Shown here one piece after another: positions 1 through 9,408 of a DNA stretch of 58,870 bases. The stretch's first letter is position 1. Each line of letters starts with the position of its first letter. The DNA is taken from assembly GCA_963645405.1 (NCBI GenBank), contig CAVISR010000001.1, forward strand, positions 1-58,870, given 5' to 3'. A program made the translations under genes and the position numbers. Under the pieces are notes generated by a model. The model was not told where the DNA came from. It made no database searches and saw nothing but the letters and a program-made list of their open reading frames with translations. This DNA comes from Acutalibacteraceae bacterium. GTDB taxonomy: Bacteria; Bacteroidota; Bacteroidia; Bacteroidales; Bacteroidaceae.

Positions 1-550
1 CGTGGGACCATACCTGTTGTCCGTCCCACGAATCGAGGCTCTAGCAATCGCCTATCACAGTTGAACAGACAACGTCAGAGCCCACGCCGATATGAAAATA
101 CAATCCATATGGCATTTGTATGCAACCAGACATTGCATCCAAAAGAATACAATGATGGCTTACACGAAACCATACGGGAATGATAATCACACCCGGGGCA
201 TCTACCGTTGCTAAGTTCATGACTACAATTTGGTAATTTGCTAGATTTCCGATTCGTCAAGAACAGAGCGTCAAGTAAACGCCTTCATTATGTTGTGCCT
301 CGTTACCCGCCCATCTCCTTGTCGCGGAGCTTGTACTCCACTAAAGGCTCGGCGTGAGCTGAGGCATGGACTGTTTGCGCATCTACAGAATGGGTTGTGA
401 CACCCGAACTGATTGACTTGCTCGCAATCCGATTGCAAATATACAAACTTTTTTATCAATGCAATGCTTGATGAGCCAGATTTTTTGAAAAATTGTTGCA
501 GGTAGCGTGGAAATGATTGGAAGAAAGGGGCGTTTTGTGTTAGCCGGATG

Positions 551-799
551 GTAGGAGCCAGCGCTCTCCGAGCGCGTCGGCGATGACACTCGAGCGTCAG
601 CTCGCTATATTTACAGCCCACATTCCCGCGCTCGCTTTAACGCTCTCGGAGAGAGCTAGCTCCTATTGCGATTGCGCTCGAGCGCAATTCGCAAATATCA
701 TCGTTCGAACTTCGCTCGCTATGTAGGAGCCAGTGCTCGCTATGTAGGAGTCAGCTTTCTCCGAAAGCGTGTACGATGACACTCGAGCGTTAGCTCGCT
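551..799. repeat. Mosaic of direct and inverted copies of a ~57-bp element (GTAGGAGCCAGCGCTCTCCGAGCG...CTCGAGCG..GCTCGCT) plus an 18-bp perfect palindrome
   Basis: Copies at 551-607 and 744-799 align over about 56 nt. There is a short copy at 723-743 and an inverted partial copy at 641-666. ATTGCGCTCGAGCGCAAT at 671-688 is a perfect palindrome. Confidence 0.7.
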
Positions 800-940
800 G
801 TGATAGTAGTAGTGTTTGTGACAAATGTGACCAGTAAGTTTTATGTGTCGGATTGCATTTGACTTTGAATATGGCGTTATTAGTCTGTGAATATGACGGA
901 TTCCTTTCGTGTAACTATGTGTGTTTGTTGTTTTGCACCT

Positions 941-1017
941 CTGAACCTACGTTCAAAGCCTTTGAACGTAGGTTCAAAAGTTTTGAACGCAGGTTCAAAG
1001 GCTTTGAATATAGGATG
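941..1017. repeat. Four tandem 21-bp units, each carrying a GAAC-N4-GTTC dyad (the last unit is degenerate)
   Basis: GAAC starts at 943, 964, 985 and 1006, an exact 21-bp phasing. TTTGAACGTAGGTTCAAA at 961-978 has 7-bp palindromic arms. Confidence 0.8.
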
Positions 1018-1128
1018 TGACTAGTCTGCTTTTAGACGGTGCCTAACGCAACATCAAGTTCTCCAATGTTGTGCCGTTCTCCAATTTTATCAGGTCCACA
1101 TCCTCATCTATGCCATTCACATGACTTT

Positions 1129-1179
1129 GCTCGGAGGAGTATTCTACTGCAACTTCGCTCGGAGGAGTATTCTACTGCA
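1129..1179. repeat. Direct duplication of a 23-nt core (GCTCGGAGGAGTATTCTACTGCA) with a 28-bp period, overlapping the gldH stop codon
   Basis: Identical 23-mers lie at 1129-1151 and 1157-1179. The gldH stop (CTA on the plus strand, 1172-1174) lies inside copy 2. Confidence 0.8.
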
Positions 1180-1723
1180 CTTCCAACTTGAGCCCGACGC
1201 TGTTGATTCCCTTGATGGTACTGGGTTTCATTATGTGGCAGATTCTGTAAGTGTATGTGAGTCCTGAGTCTACGTGGATTGCCGGTGCGTCCTTCGTGAC
1301 GGTGGCGTAGGGGAATCCTTTGCCGTTGTTGTTGCCGTCGGTATCGTAGATGCTGATTTTCAGTGTGTCGTAGCTTATTTCTTCGTCTTCGCACATGAGG
1401 ACGGCTGTCACGTAAAGGTCTTTGTATTCGTAGTCGTCGGTTGACCTTATGCCTATTCTGACATTGAGGTCTGCGCTGCTTGTGGTCTTTGGCAGGTCGA
1501 AGGTCACGGTATCGGCTGATGTCCAACCGCTTGTCTTCACATCTTTGAACTCGTTGAGTATCGTGCCGTTATGGCATGATGTGAGGGCTGCAAGGAGAAG
1601 AACCGACAGGAATGCAACTGCATTGTGTCTGGTGGACTTCCTGTCGGTACAAGTGTGTTCCTCGCTGATTGGGTTCTTGCTAGTGGACTTCCTGTTAATG
1701 GTTTTCTTGCTGCTTCTGACCAT
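1172..1723 (-). CDS. gldH: Gliding-motility-type lipoprotein GldH
   Basis: 183-aa ORF with a lipobox (LLLAALTSC). ILNEFKDVKTSGWTSADTVTFDLP and GINSVGLKLE resemble Flavobacterium GldH as I recall it. It lies directly downstream of a PSP1 gene, as is usual in Bacteroidota. Confidence 0.75.
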   Translation of the reverse strand: MVRSSKKTINRKSTSKNPISEEHTCTDRKSTRHNAVAFLSVLLLAALTSCHNGTILNEFKDVKTSGWTSADTVTFDLPKTTSSADLNVRIGIRSTDDYEYKDLYVTAVLMCEDEEISYDTLKISIYDTDGNNNGKGFPYATVTKDAPAIHVDSGLTYTYRICHIMKPSTIKGINSVGLKLEVQ

Positions 1724-2813
1724 TGTTTCCCTTGTGTTTCTTCTTGCGCTTCCTCTTGGAATTGTCGAAACGGTTGATGTTGTCTTGGCTGAGCAGGTCG
1801 ATTGTGTGGTCGTCCTTCACTTCCTCCACATCGCTCAATGTCGCAGGTTTCTTTCCTTCCTTGTTCATGCTGATGATTTCGAACGCGCGTTTTGCCGGGA
1901 TGGTCACTTCTCTCACGAGCATTCGCTTGTCGGTGGAGTAGGTGATTTCCTTGGCGAGGATGTCGGACTTGAAGTAATAGTAGTCGCAGTCTTTGGTCTG
2001 CAGCACGATTTCGCGTGACGGCAGGTCTTTCAGTGCTTCCACATACTGGTCGACTTCGTAGTTCATGCAGCACTTCAGTTTGGCGCATTGACCGGCCAGT
2101 TTCTGTGGGTTGAGCGAGATGTCCTGGAAGCGTGCTGCGCTGGTTGACACACTGACGAACCGTGTCATCCATGTGGCGCAGCAGAGTTCGCGTCCGCATG
2201 GTCCGATTCCGCCGATGCGTCCTGCTTCCTGGCGTGCGCCAATCTGCTTCATCTCGATACGTACTCTGAACCGCTCTGCAAGTACTTTTATCAGTTGCCG
2301 GAAGTCTACTCGGTCGTCGGCAATGTAGTAGAATATTGCCTTGTTGCCGTCGCCCTGATACTCCACGTCTCCGATTTTCATCTGCAGTCCCAGGTTCTTG
2401 GCAATCTGACGTGACTCAATCATGGTGTCGTGTTCGCATGACTTTGCCTCGTTGTATTTGTCCATGTCCACTGGGCGTGCCTTCCTGTATATCCTCTTGA
2501 ACTCGGTGCCGGGACGCAGGTTCGCCTTCTTTATCTGGAGTGCGACGAGTCTGCCCGTCATGGTGACCGTTCCTATGTCGTGTCCGGGATTTGCCTCCAC
2601 TGCCACGATGTCGCCTTTCTCGAGTTGCAGGTTGTTTGAGTTTATGAAATAGCCTTTGCGTGGGGGCTTGAATTGCACCTCCACCAGGTTGGTTGCCTTG
2701 TCGTTGTCGGGCAGGTCAGCCAGCCAGTCATATGTGTTTAGTTTGTCGGTGTGCTTGTTGCAGCCTTTCTGGCAAAGTCCGCAGCAGCCGTTGCCTACTT
2801 TGAATTCGTTCAT
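1695..2813 (-). CDS. PSP1 C-terminal domain protein (RicT/YaaT-like)
   Basis: 372-aa ORF with Cys-rich motifs (CCGLCQKGC, GPCGRELCCATW, QCAKLKCCMNYE) typical of PSP1/YaaT. It has a basic C-terminal tail and overlaps gldH by 29 nt. Confidence 0.85.
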   Translation of the reverse strand: MNEFKVGNGCCGLCQKGCNKHTDKLNTYDWLADLPDNDKATNLVEVQFKPPRKGYFINSNNLQLEKGDIVAVEANPGHDIGTVTMTGRLVALQIKKANLRPGTEFKRIYRKARPVDMDKYNEAKSCEHDTMIESRQIAKNLGLQMKIGDVEYQGDGNKAIFYYIADDRVDFRQLIKVLAERFRVRIEMKQIGARQEAGRIGGIGPCGRELCCATWMTRFVSVSTSAARFQDISLNPQKLAGQCAKLKCCMNYEVDQYVEALKDLPSREIVLQTKDCDYYYFKSDILAKEITYSTDKRMLVREVTIPAKRAFEIISMNKEGKKPATLSDVEEVKDDHTIDLLSQDNINRFDNSKRKRKKKHKGNNGQKQQENH

Positions 2814-2843
2814 ACGCTTATGTGCATATTATGCTTTGAAATG

Positions 2844-2851
2844 CAAAGTTA
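2844..2851 (-). promoter_or_regulatory. Bacteroidota sigma-A -7 box TAACTTTG (minus strand) for the PSP1-gldH operon
   Basis: Plus-strand CAAAGTTA at 2844-2851, 31 nt upstream of the ATG at 2813. It matches the TAnnTTTG consensus. Confidence 0.5.
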
Positions 2852-2978
2852 CGGCAAAAAAACGAGATATAAAAATTGTTCGTTACAAATTTGCAGAACA
2901 AGCCTAAAGACTGTGCTTGGTCATGCCTGTACGGTGCTTTCATCTGGTCTGTGTTTTCACCTGCTTGTATGGCAAAAG

Positions 2979-3110
2979 TTCTCTGGTCAGGGAAATTTTG
3001 TTCCCTGGTCAGAGAAAAAGTTTTTCCTGGTCAGCGAGCAAAAATTCTCTAGTCAGCGGACTCGAGTTCTCTGGTCAGCGGACTGGAGTTCTCTGGTCGG
3101 AGGACTCGAG
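2979..3110. repeat. Six tandem copies of a 21-23-bp unit (TTCTCTGGTCAGCGGACTCGAG)
   Basis: Units at 2979-3000, 3001-3023, 3024-3044, 3045-3066, 3067-3088 and 3089-3110. The array sits in the divergent PSP1 / dsbD intergenic region. Confidence 0.85.
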
Positions 3111-3342
3111 TCCTGCACTAAGGAAATTTGTATTCATGACTGAAGGCTTTAACTTGCTTGACGAGCGGGTTTTATGCGAATGAACGCAGGCTGATGCTTT
3201 TGTCTGCAATTCGAATGGATGGATTAGAGGGAATGCTTGACTCAAGACAACGAAACCTTTGACTTTGAGCGTCTGATAAGTCGGTCCATGATGGATTTTG
3301 AGGTTAAATTTGCCTTAAATGACGGATTGGTTCTTTGAACGT

Positions 3343-3373
3343 TTTGCCGTATCGGGATTTTGTAGTAAATTTG
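3343..3373 (+). promoter_or_regulatory. Promoter: -33 TTTG, 19-nt spacer, -7 TAAATTTG
   Basis: TTTG at 3343-3346 and TAAATTTG at 3366-3373, 28 nt upstream of the dsbD ATG. Confidence 0.55.
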
Positions 3374-3400
3374 TGGTCTGAAATTAACTGACAGAATATT

Positions 3401-5440
3401 ATGAACAAACTAAAACTTATTCTTACCTTGGCTTTGTTCACCATCGTGGGGCTTGTGAATGCTCAGATGCCGACTCCAGTCCAGGTAAAGACTCAGTTCA
3501 AGGAAATCTCTGCCACTGAAGCGGAGATTATTTTCTCGGCTTCGATTCAGTCGGGCTGGCACATGTATTCAACGAATGTAGTTGAGTACGGACCTACTCC
3601 AACGACGATTACCGTCGAGAAGATCAGTGGCGCAAAGCTGGACGGGGCTTTGGCTCCGAAGACATCGCCTATAAAGAAATATGAGGAGATGTTCGAAGCC
3701 GACGTGTATTACTTTGAGAATTCAGCCACTTTCATTCAGAAGGTAAAACTCGAGGGCGGCAAGTATCATGTCGAGGGCTACCTTGAATATGGTGCATGCA
3801 ACGACAAGAACTGCACTCCTCCAACGAAAGTGGATTTTGCTTTCGACGGTGAGGCAAAGGCTGCTGCCAAAGATAAAAAAAAAGATGAGGAACCTGTAGC
3901 GGAAGAGAATGTTGAGACTGAAAAGGCAGAGGAAACTGCTGAGGTTCCCGACTCTTCGGCTGTTGTTGCCGACACGGCTTCTGTAGCCGAGATTGTTGGA
4001 GGCGACGGCGATTTGTGGACTCCGGTTGTAGACCAGCTCAAGGCTTTTGAGAACAAGGCGGCAGAGAACAATACTCTGTGGCACATCTTCGTGCTCGGAC
4101 TTCTGGGCGGACTCGTTGCTTTGGTCACTCCGTGCGTGTGGCCAATCATACCGATGACAGTGAGTTTCTTCCTGAAACGCTCGGGCGACAAGCGCCAGGG
4201 CATCCGCGATGCAGTCATCTACGGACTGTCCATCGTGGTGATTTATCTTGCTCTCGGACTTATCGTAACTGCACTGTTCGGCGCGAGTGCGCTCAATGCA
4301 TTGTCTACCAATGCGATATTCAACATCTTCTTCTTCCTGATGTTGGTGGTGTTTGCCGCTTCGTTCTTCGGAGCATTTGAATTGCAACTGCCGTCTTCAT
4401 GGAGCAATGCAGTCGACAGCAAGGCGGAAAAGACCGGTGGACTGCTTGGCATTTTCCTTATGGCATTCACCCTTACGCTTGTCAGCTTCTCATGCACCGG
4501 TCCAATCATTGGTTTCCTGCTCGTGGAAGTTTCGACTTCTGGCGACATCCTTTCGCCTGCAGTCGGAATGTTCGGCTTTGCCATTGCACTGGCGCTGCCG
4601 TTCACCATCTTTGCCATCTTCCCAAGCTGGCTCAAGTCGATGCCAAAGAGCGGAGGCTGGATGAACACGGTGAAAGTGGTGCTCGGATTCATCGAGCTGG
4701 CTTTCGCATTGAAGTTCCTCTCAGTTGCCGACCTCGCCTACGGATGGCATTTGCTCGACCGCGAGACCTTCCTCGCTTTGTGGATTGGACTTGCAGTGTG
4801 CCTTGCCCTTTATCTCTTCGGGCTGATAAAGTTCCCTCATGATGATGCCGACGAACGCAACATCAGTGTTACCCGTTTCTTTCTTGGACTCATCTCGCTG
4901 GCATTCGCCATTTACATGGTTCCTGGTTTGTGGGGCGCTCCGCTGAAGGCAGTCAGCGCATTCTCTCCTCCAATGTCAACCCAGGATTTCAATCTCCAGT
5001 CATCAGAAGTGAAAGTGAGGGCAAACGACTATGAAGCCGGAATGCAGATTGCGAAGGCTGAAGGCAAACCGGTAATCATCGACTTCACCGGTTTCGGTTG
5101 TGTGAACTGCAGAAAGATGGAAGCTGCCGTGTGGACTGATGCTGAAGTGTCCGACATCCTGTCGAACGGTTATGTACTCATCCAACTTTTCGTCGACGAC
5201 AAGACTCCGCTTCCAAGCACACAGATTGTGAAAGTGAACGGACAAGACCAGAAACTGCGTACCGTAGGCGACAAGTGGAGCTACCTGCAGAGCAGTAAGT
5301 TCGGAGCCAATGCCCAGCCTTTCTATGTTCTGCTCGACAACGAAGGCAATCCGCTTGCAGCAAGCTACTCGTTCGACGACAATGTGGAACACTACAAAAC
5401 ATTCCTCAAATCGGGGCTTGATGCTTACAGAAACAAATAA
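3401..5440 (+). CDS. dsbD: Thiol:disulfide interchange / protein-disulfide reductase, DsbD family
   Basis: 679 aa. It has a signal peptide, an N-terminal periplasmic domain, an acidic linker, a polytopic membrane core (LVTPCVWPIIP, SFSCTGPIIG) and a C-terminal thioredoxin fold (FTGFGCVNCRKME). Confidence 0.85.
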   Translation: MNKLKLILTLALFTIVGLVNAQMPTPVQVKTQFKEISATEAEIIFSASIQSGWHMYSTNVVEYGPTPTTITVEKISGAKLDGALAPKTSPIKKYEEMFEADVYYFENSATFIQKVKLEGGKYHVEGYLEYGACNDKNCTPPTKVDFAFDGEAKAAAKDKKKDEEPVAEENVETEKAEETAEVPDSSAVVADTASVAEIVGGDGDLWTPVVDQLKAFENKAAENNTLWHIFVLGLLGGLVALVTPCVWPIIPMTVSFFLKRSGDKRQGIRDAVIYGLSIVVIYLALGLIVTALFGASALNALSTNAIFNIFFFLMLVVFAASFFGAFELQLPSSWSNAVDSKAEKTGGLLGIFLMAFTLTLVSFSCTGPIIGFLLVEVSTSGDILSPAVGMFGFAIALALPFTIFAIFPSWLKSMPKSGGWMNTVKVVLGFIELAFALKFLSVADLAYGWHLLDRETFLALWIGLAVCLALYLFGLIKFPHDDADERNISVTRFFLGLISLAFAIYMVPGLWGAPLKAVSAFSPPMSTQDFNLQSSEVKVRANDYEAGMQIAKAEGKPVIIDFTGFGCVNCRKMEAAVWTDAEVSDILSNGYVLIQLFVDDKTPLPSTQIVKVNGQDQKLRTVGDKWSYLQSSKFGANAQPFYVLLDNEGNPLAASYSFDDNVEHYKTFLKSGLDAYRNK

Positions 5441-5502
5441 AAACTGGAGCTCGATACACCTTATTATATATACGCGCGCGAGGACTCATTAAACAATAAA
5501 AT

Positions 5503-5823
5503 ATGGACAACGAAAACAAGAACAACGACGGCCAGATCCAATTGGAGCTGAAGCCGGAAACAGCAGAGGGCAAGTATGCCAACTTTGCGATTGTAGCCAG
5601 TGCAACTTCGGAATTCGTCATTGATTTCGCATCATTGCTTCCTGGCATGCCAAAGGCATCGGTACTTTCACGAATCATCATGGCTCCAGAGCATGCAAAG
5701 CGTTTGCTTTTTGCCCTGCAGCAAAGAGTGGAAGACTATGAAAACCTGTATGGAAAGATTGAACTGAAGAAGCCTGCTCAGCGCGGCTCGACAATCGCAC
5801 CATTCGGAACAGGTGAGGCATAA
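5503..5823 (+). CDS. Small conserved protein, DUF3467-like
   Basis: 106-aa ORF (IQLELKPETAEGKYANFAIVASATSEFVIDF...HAKRLLFALQQRVEDYE). The family name is recalled from Bacteroidales annotations and has not been searched. Confidence 0.6.
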   Translation: MDNENKNNDGQIQLELKPETAEGKYANFAIVASATSEFVIDFASLLPGMPKASVLSRIIMAPEHAKRLLFALQQRVEDYENLYGKIELKKPAQRGSTIAPFGTGEA

Positions 5824-5861
5824 GGCGAAAGCCCAAACCAATGCTGAACGCTGAAAACGCG

Positions 5862-5899
5862 GAAGCCGGACAAGTCAGAATGTGGCTCAGTCCGGCTTC
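5862..5899 (+). terminator. Perfect 10-bp stem hairpin downstream of the DUF3467-like gene, with no U-tract
   Basis: GAAGCCGGAC at 5862-5871 pairs with GTCCGGCTTC at 5890-5899 around an 18-nt loop. Confidence 0.35.
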
Positions 5900-6044
5900 A
5901 GTGTCCTTCCCGATGGCACTTGTTGCGGTCCGTTTTTCATGCAAATAGGGCAGATAAAATGAAAATGCAGGTAGTAAACAACGAAAATCAGTGCTTTAAC
6001 TGATAAAAAGTGAGAAAGATAGGTGCTGTCTAAAAGAATTTTAC

Positions 6045-6052
6045 TAACTTTG
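6045..6052 (+). promoter_or_regulatory. -7 box TAACTTTG upstream of rpsL
   Basis: Matches TAnnTTTG, about 128 nt upstream of the rpsL ATG. No clear -33 TTTG is present. Confidence 0.45.
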
Positions 6053-6179
6053 CACCGCTTTTTGGACTATTGTGCCCGGACTTCAGCACGTTCGGCACGG
6101 GTCTTAGGCGTGTCTGGACGGAAGGACAGACGAAAGACAGTATATAACAAAACAAATAATATAATAAAATTAAAACGAA

Positions 6180-6560
6180 ATGCCTACTATTCAACAACTA
6201 GTAAGAAAAGGTAGAAGAGTGTTGGTTGACAAGAGCAAGTCACCGGCTTTGGACTCATGTCCACAGCGCCGTGGTGTTTGCGTACGTGTCTACACAACAA
6301 CTCCGAAGAAACCTAACTCAGCGATGCGTAAAGTAGCACGTGTTCGCTTGACAAACAAGAAGGAAGTTAACTCCTACATTCCAGGAGAAGGTCACAATCT
6401 GCAGGAACACTCAATCGTTCTTGTTCGTGGTGGTCGTGTAAAGGACCTCCCAGGTGTACGTTACCACATCATCCGTGGTGCACTCGATACAGCTGGAGTT
6501 GAAAGCCGTACACAGCGCCGTTCTAAGTATGGAGCAAAGCGTCCAAAGGCTAAGAAGTAA
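6180..6560 (+). CDS. rpsL: 30S ribosomal protein S12 (uS12)
   Basis: 126 aa, [13 protein letters not shown]...[16 protein letters not shown]... Confidence 0.98.
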   Translation: MPTIQQLVRKGRRVLVDKSKSPALDSCPQRRGVCVRVYTTTPKKPNSAMRKVARVRLTNKKEVNSYIPGEGHNLQEHSIVLVRGGRVKDLPGVRYHIIRGALDTAGVESRTQRRSKYGAKRPKAKK

Positions 6561-6681
6561 AACAAAGGAAATTCAAATCAGTTGGTTTGATGGACGCTAA
6601 GAAGGTTGAGTAAATGTTCAAGTGAGAACATTGAAGTAACACAATTTGCAACCTCAGACTAAAATTCAAACAAACAAAGCA

Positions 6682-7158
6682 ATGAGAAAAGCTAAACCAA
6701 AGAAACGCGTTATTCTGCCAGATCCAGTGTATGGAGACGTAAAGGTGACAAAGTTTGTGAACCACCTTATGTATGACGGAAAGAAAAGTATCGCATATTC
6801 AATCTTCTACAATGCCCTCTCAATCGTAGAGAACAAGATGAAGGATGGAGAGAACACTCCAATCGAAGTATGGAAGAAGGCTCTTGACAATATCACTCCA
6901 CAGGTGGAGGTGAAGTCACGCCGTATCGGTGGTGCCACATTCCAGGTTCCTACAGAAATCCGTCCCGACAGAAAAGAGGCAATCTCAATGAAGAACATGA
7001 TTTCTTTCGCACGCAAGCGTTCAGGCAAGAACATGGCAGAGAAACTCTCTGCAGAAATCATGGATGCATTCAACGAGCAGGGTGGCGCATTCAAGCGTAA
7101 GGAAGACATGCACCGCATGGCTGAGGCTAACCGCGCATTCGCGCATTTCAGATTCTGA
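6682..7158 (+). CDS. rpsG: 30S ribosomal protein S7 (uS7)
   Basis: The start is taken at the ATG at 6682 ([19 protein letters not shown]...). The 12-codon extension in the ORF track is unlikely to be translated. Confidence 0.95.
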   Translation: MRKAKPKKRVILPDPVYGDVKVTKFVNHLMYDGKKSIAYSIFYNALSIVENKMKDGENTPIEVWKKALDNITPQVEVKSRRIGGATFQVPTEIRPDRKEAISMKNMISFARKRSGKNMAEKLSAEIMDAFNEQGGAFKRKEDMHRMAEANRAFAHFRF

Positions 7159-7203
7159 TATTAGATATAAAGGTAAAAAGGTTATTAGGAAAAGAGAAGA
7201 TTT

Positions 7204-9321
7204 ATGGCTAAACGTGATTTGCATTTGACGCGTAATATCGGTATCATGGCGCACATCGATGCGGGCAAGACAACCACTTCTGAGCGTATCCTTTACTACA
7301 CTGGATTGACCCACAAGATTGGTGAGGTTCATGACGGTGCTGCAACAATGGACTGGATGGCACAGGAGCAGGAGCGCGGTATCACTATCACTTCTGCAGC
7401 AACTACTACGTTCTGGAACTGGAACGACAACAAGTACAAGATTAACTTGATTGACACTCCGGGACACGTTGACTTCACTGCAGAGGTTGAACGTTCACTC
7501 CGTGTGCTCGACGGTGCCGTTGCTGCATACTGTGCAGTAGGTGGTGTTGAACCGCAGTCTGAGACTGTATGGCGTCAGGCAGACAAATATAATGTACCCC
7601 GTATCGGATACGTGAACAAGATGGACCGTTCAGGTGCAGACTTCTTCGAGGTGGTTCGCCAGATGAAGGAAGTGCTCGGCGCAAGACCTTGTCCAATCGT
7701 AATCCCAATCGGTGCAGAGGAAACATTCAAGGGAGTTGTCGACCTTATCAAGATGAAGGCAATCCTTTGGCATGACGAGACAATGGGCGCTGAATATGAG
7801 GTAGACGATATCCCGGCAGATTTGCAGGCAGAGGCTGACGAATGGAGAGACAAGCTCCTCGAACTCGCTTCAGAGTTTGACGAGGCTCTCATGGAGAAGT
7901 ACTTCGATGACCCTTCAACAATCACTGAAGAAGAAATCATCGCTGCAATCCGCAAGGGAACAGTCAGCATGGAAATCACTCCAATGCTTTGCGGTTCTTC
8001 ATTCAAGAACAAGGGAGTCCAGACATTGCTCGACTATGTCTGCGCATTCCTTCCTTCACCACTCGACACTCCAAACGTTGTAGGTACAAACCCATCAACC
8101 AAGGAAGAGGAAGACCGTAAGCCAGACGAGGCAGAAAAGACTTCTGCTCTTGCATTCAAGATTGCAACTGACCCATACGTCGGTCGTTTGACTTTCGTCC
8201 GTGTTTATTCAGGTAAGATTGAAGCAGGTTCATATATCTACAACAGCCGCTCAGGCAAGAAGGAACGTATCTCGCGTCTGTTCCAGATGCACTCAAACCA
8301 CCAGAACCCAGTTGACGTAATTTCAGCCGGAGACATAGGTGCAGTAGTGGGTTTGAAGGATATCCACACTGGTGATACTCTCTGCGACGAGGATGCACCA
8401 ATCGTATTGGAGTCAATGGACTTCCCAGAACCGGTTATCGGTATTGCAGTTGAGCCAAAGACTCAGAAAGACCTCGACAAGCTTTCAGTAGGTCTTGCAA
8501 AACTCGCAGAAGAAGACCCGACATTCACAGTTCGTACCGACGAGCAGAGCGGACAGACAGTCATCTCAGGTATGGGTGAGCTTCACCTCGATATCATCAT
8601 CGACCGTCTGAAGCGTGAGTTCAAAGTTGAGTGTAACCAGGGTAAGCCGCAGGTTAACTACAAGGAAGCAATCACCAAGAGCGTCAACCTCCGTGAGGTC
8701 TACAAGAAGCAGTCCGGTGGTCGTGGTAAGTTTGCCGATATCATCGTTGAGGTTGGACCAGTTGACGAAGACTTCAAGGAAGGCGGACTTCAGTTCATCG
8801 ACGAAGTCAAGGGAGGTAACATTCCTAAGGAATTCATCCCGTCAGTACAGAAAGGATTCGCCAATGCAATGGCAAACGGTATTCTTGGCGGATTCCCAAT
8901 GGATTCACTGAAGGTCCGTCTGATTGACGGTTCATTCCACCCGGTAGACTCCGACCAGCTCTCATTCGAAATCTGTGCATTGCAGGCTTACAAGAATGCA
9001 TGTGCTCAGGCTAAGCCAGTTTTGATGGAGCCTATCATGAAGCTGGAAGTAGTAACTCCAGAAGAGAACATGGGTGATGTCATCGGTGACTTGAACAAGC
9101 GCCGTGGACAGGTTGAAGGAATGGACACAAGCCGTTCGGGTGCAAGAATCGTGAAGGCAATGGTTCCACTGTCAGAGATGTTCGGATACGTAACAGCTTT
9201 GCGTACCATCACTTCAGGCCGTGCAACATCAACAATGTCTTATGACCACCATGCTCCAGTATCAAGTTCTGTTGCAAAGGCAGTTCTTCAGGAGTGCGGA
9301 GGTAGAGCAGACCTCGTTTAA
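7204..9321 (+). CDS. fusA: Elongation factor G
   Basis: 705 aa, with the G domain motifs [17 protein letters not shown] and NKMD. Confidence 0.98.
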   Translation: MAKRDLHLTRNIGIMAHIDAGKTTTSERILYYTGLTHKIGEVHDGAATMDWMAQEQERGITITSAATTTFWNWNDNKYKINLIDTPGHVDFTAEVERSLRVLDGAVAAYCAVGGVEPQSETVWRQADKYNVPRIGYVNKMDRSGADFFEVVRQMKEVLGARPCPIVIPIGAEETFKGVVDLIKMKAILWHDETMGAEYEVDDIPADLQAEADEWRDKLLELASEFDEALMEKYFDDPSTITEEEIIAAIRKGTVSMEITPMLCGSSFKNKGVQTLLDYVCAFLPSPLDTPNVVGTNPSTKEEEDRKPDEAEKTSALAFKIATDPYVGRLTFVRVYSGKIEAGSYIYNSRSGKKERISRLFQMHSNHQNPVDVISAGDIGAVVGLKDIHTGDTLCDEDAPIVLESMDFPEPVIGIAVEPKTQKDLDKLSVGLAKLAEEDPTFTVRTDEQSGQTVISGMGELHLDIIIDRLKREFKVECNQGKPQVNYKEAITKSVNLREVYKKQSGGRGKFADIIVEVGPVDEDFKEGGLQFIDEVKGGNIPKEFIPSVQKGFANAMANGILGGFPMDSLKVRLIDGSFHPVDSDQLSFEICALQAYKNACAQAKPVLMEPIMKLEVVTPEENMGDVIGDLNKRRGQVEGMDTSRSGARIVKAMVPLSEMFGYVTALRTITSGRATSTMSYDHHAPVSSSVAKAVLQECGGRADLV

Positions 9322-9338
9322 TCAACAATAAAAAAAAG

Positions 9339-9370
9339 GTGCGGGCTAGCAAACGACTCTTAGCCCGCAC
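9339..9370. other. Perfect 10-bp hairpin in the fusA-rpsJ spacer, preceded by an A tract
   Basis: GTGCGGGCTA at 9339-9348 pairs with TAGCCCGCAC at 9361-9370. A7 precedes it at 9331-9337 and there is no downstream T tract on the plus strand. Confidence 0.6.
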
Positions 9371-9408
9371 ATTATCATAAACAGTCAATAAAAAAAACAA
9401 ACAAAACA

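Noticed and set aside
271-621. A 116-aa minus-strand ORF (and a nested 68-aa ORF) in the left gene desert
   Set aside because: It is Arg/Cys/Ser-rich, runs into the repeat mosaic, and has no recognisable domain or start context. The region is treated as non-coding.
1104-2199. Arg/Gln-rich ORFs (1104-1526 and 1537-2199 on the minus strand, 1449-2018 on the plus strand) overlapping gldH and PSP1
   Set aside because: These are alternative-frame or antisense artefacts with highly biased composition. The gldH and PSP1 frames have clear homology-type signatures.
5465-5480. A perfect alternating pyrimidine-purine 16-mer, (TA)4(CG)4, between dsbD and the DUF3467-like gene (Z-DNA-prone)
   Set aside because: It is a single short occurrence in a 62-bp spacer, with no associated repeat or structure and no way to attach a function from sequence alone.
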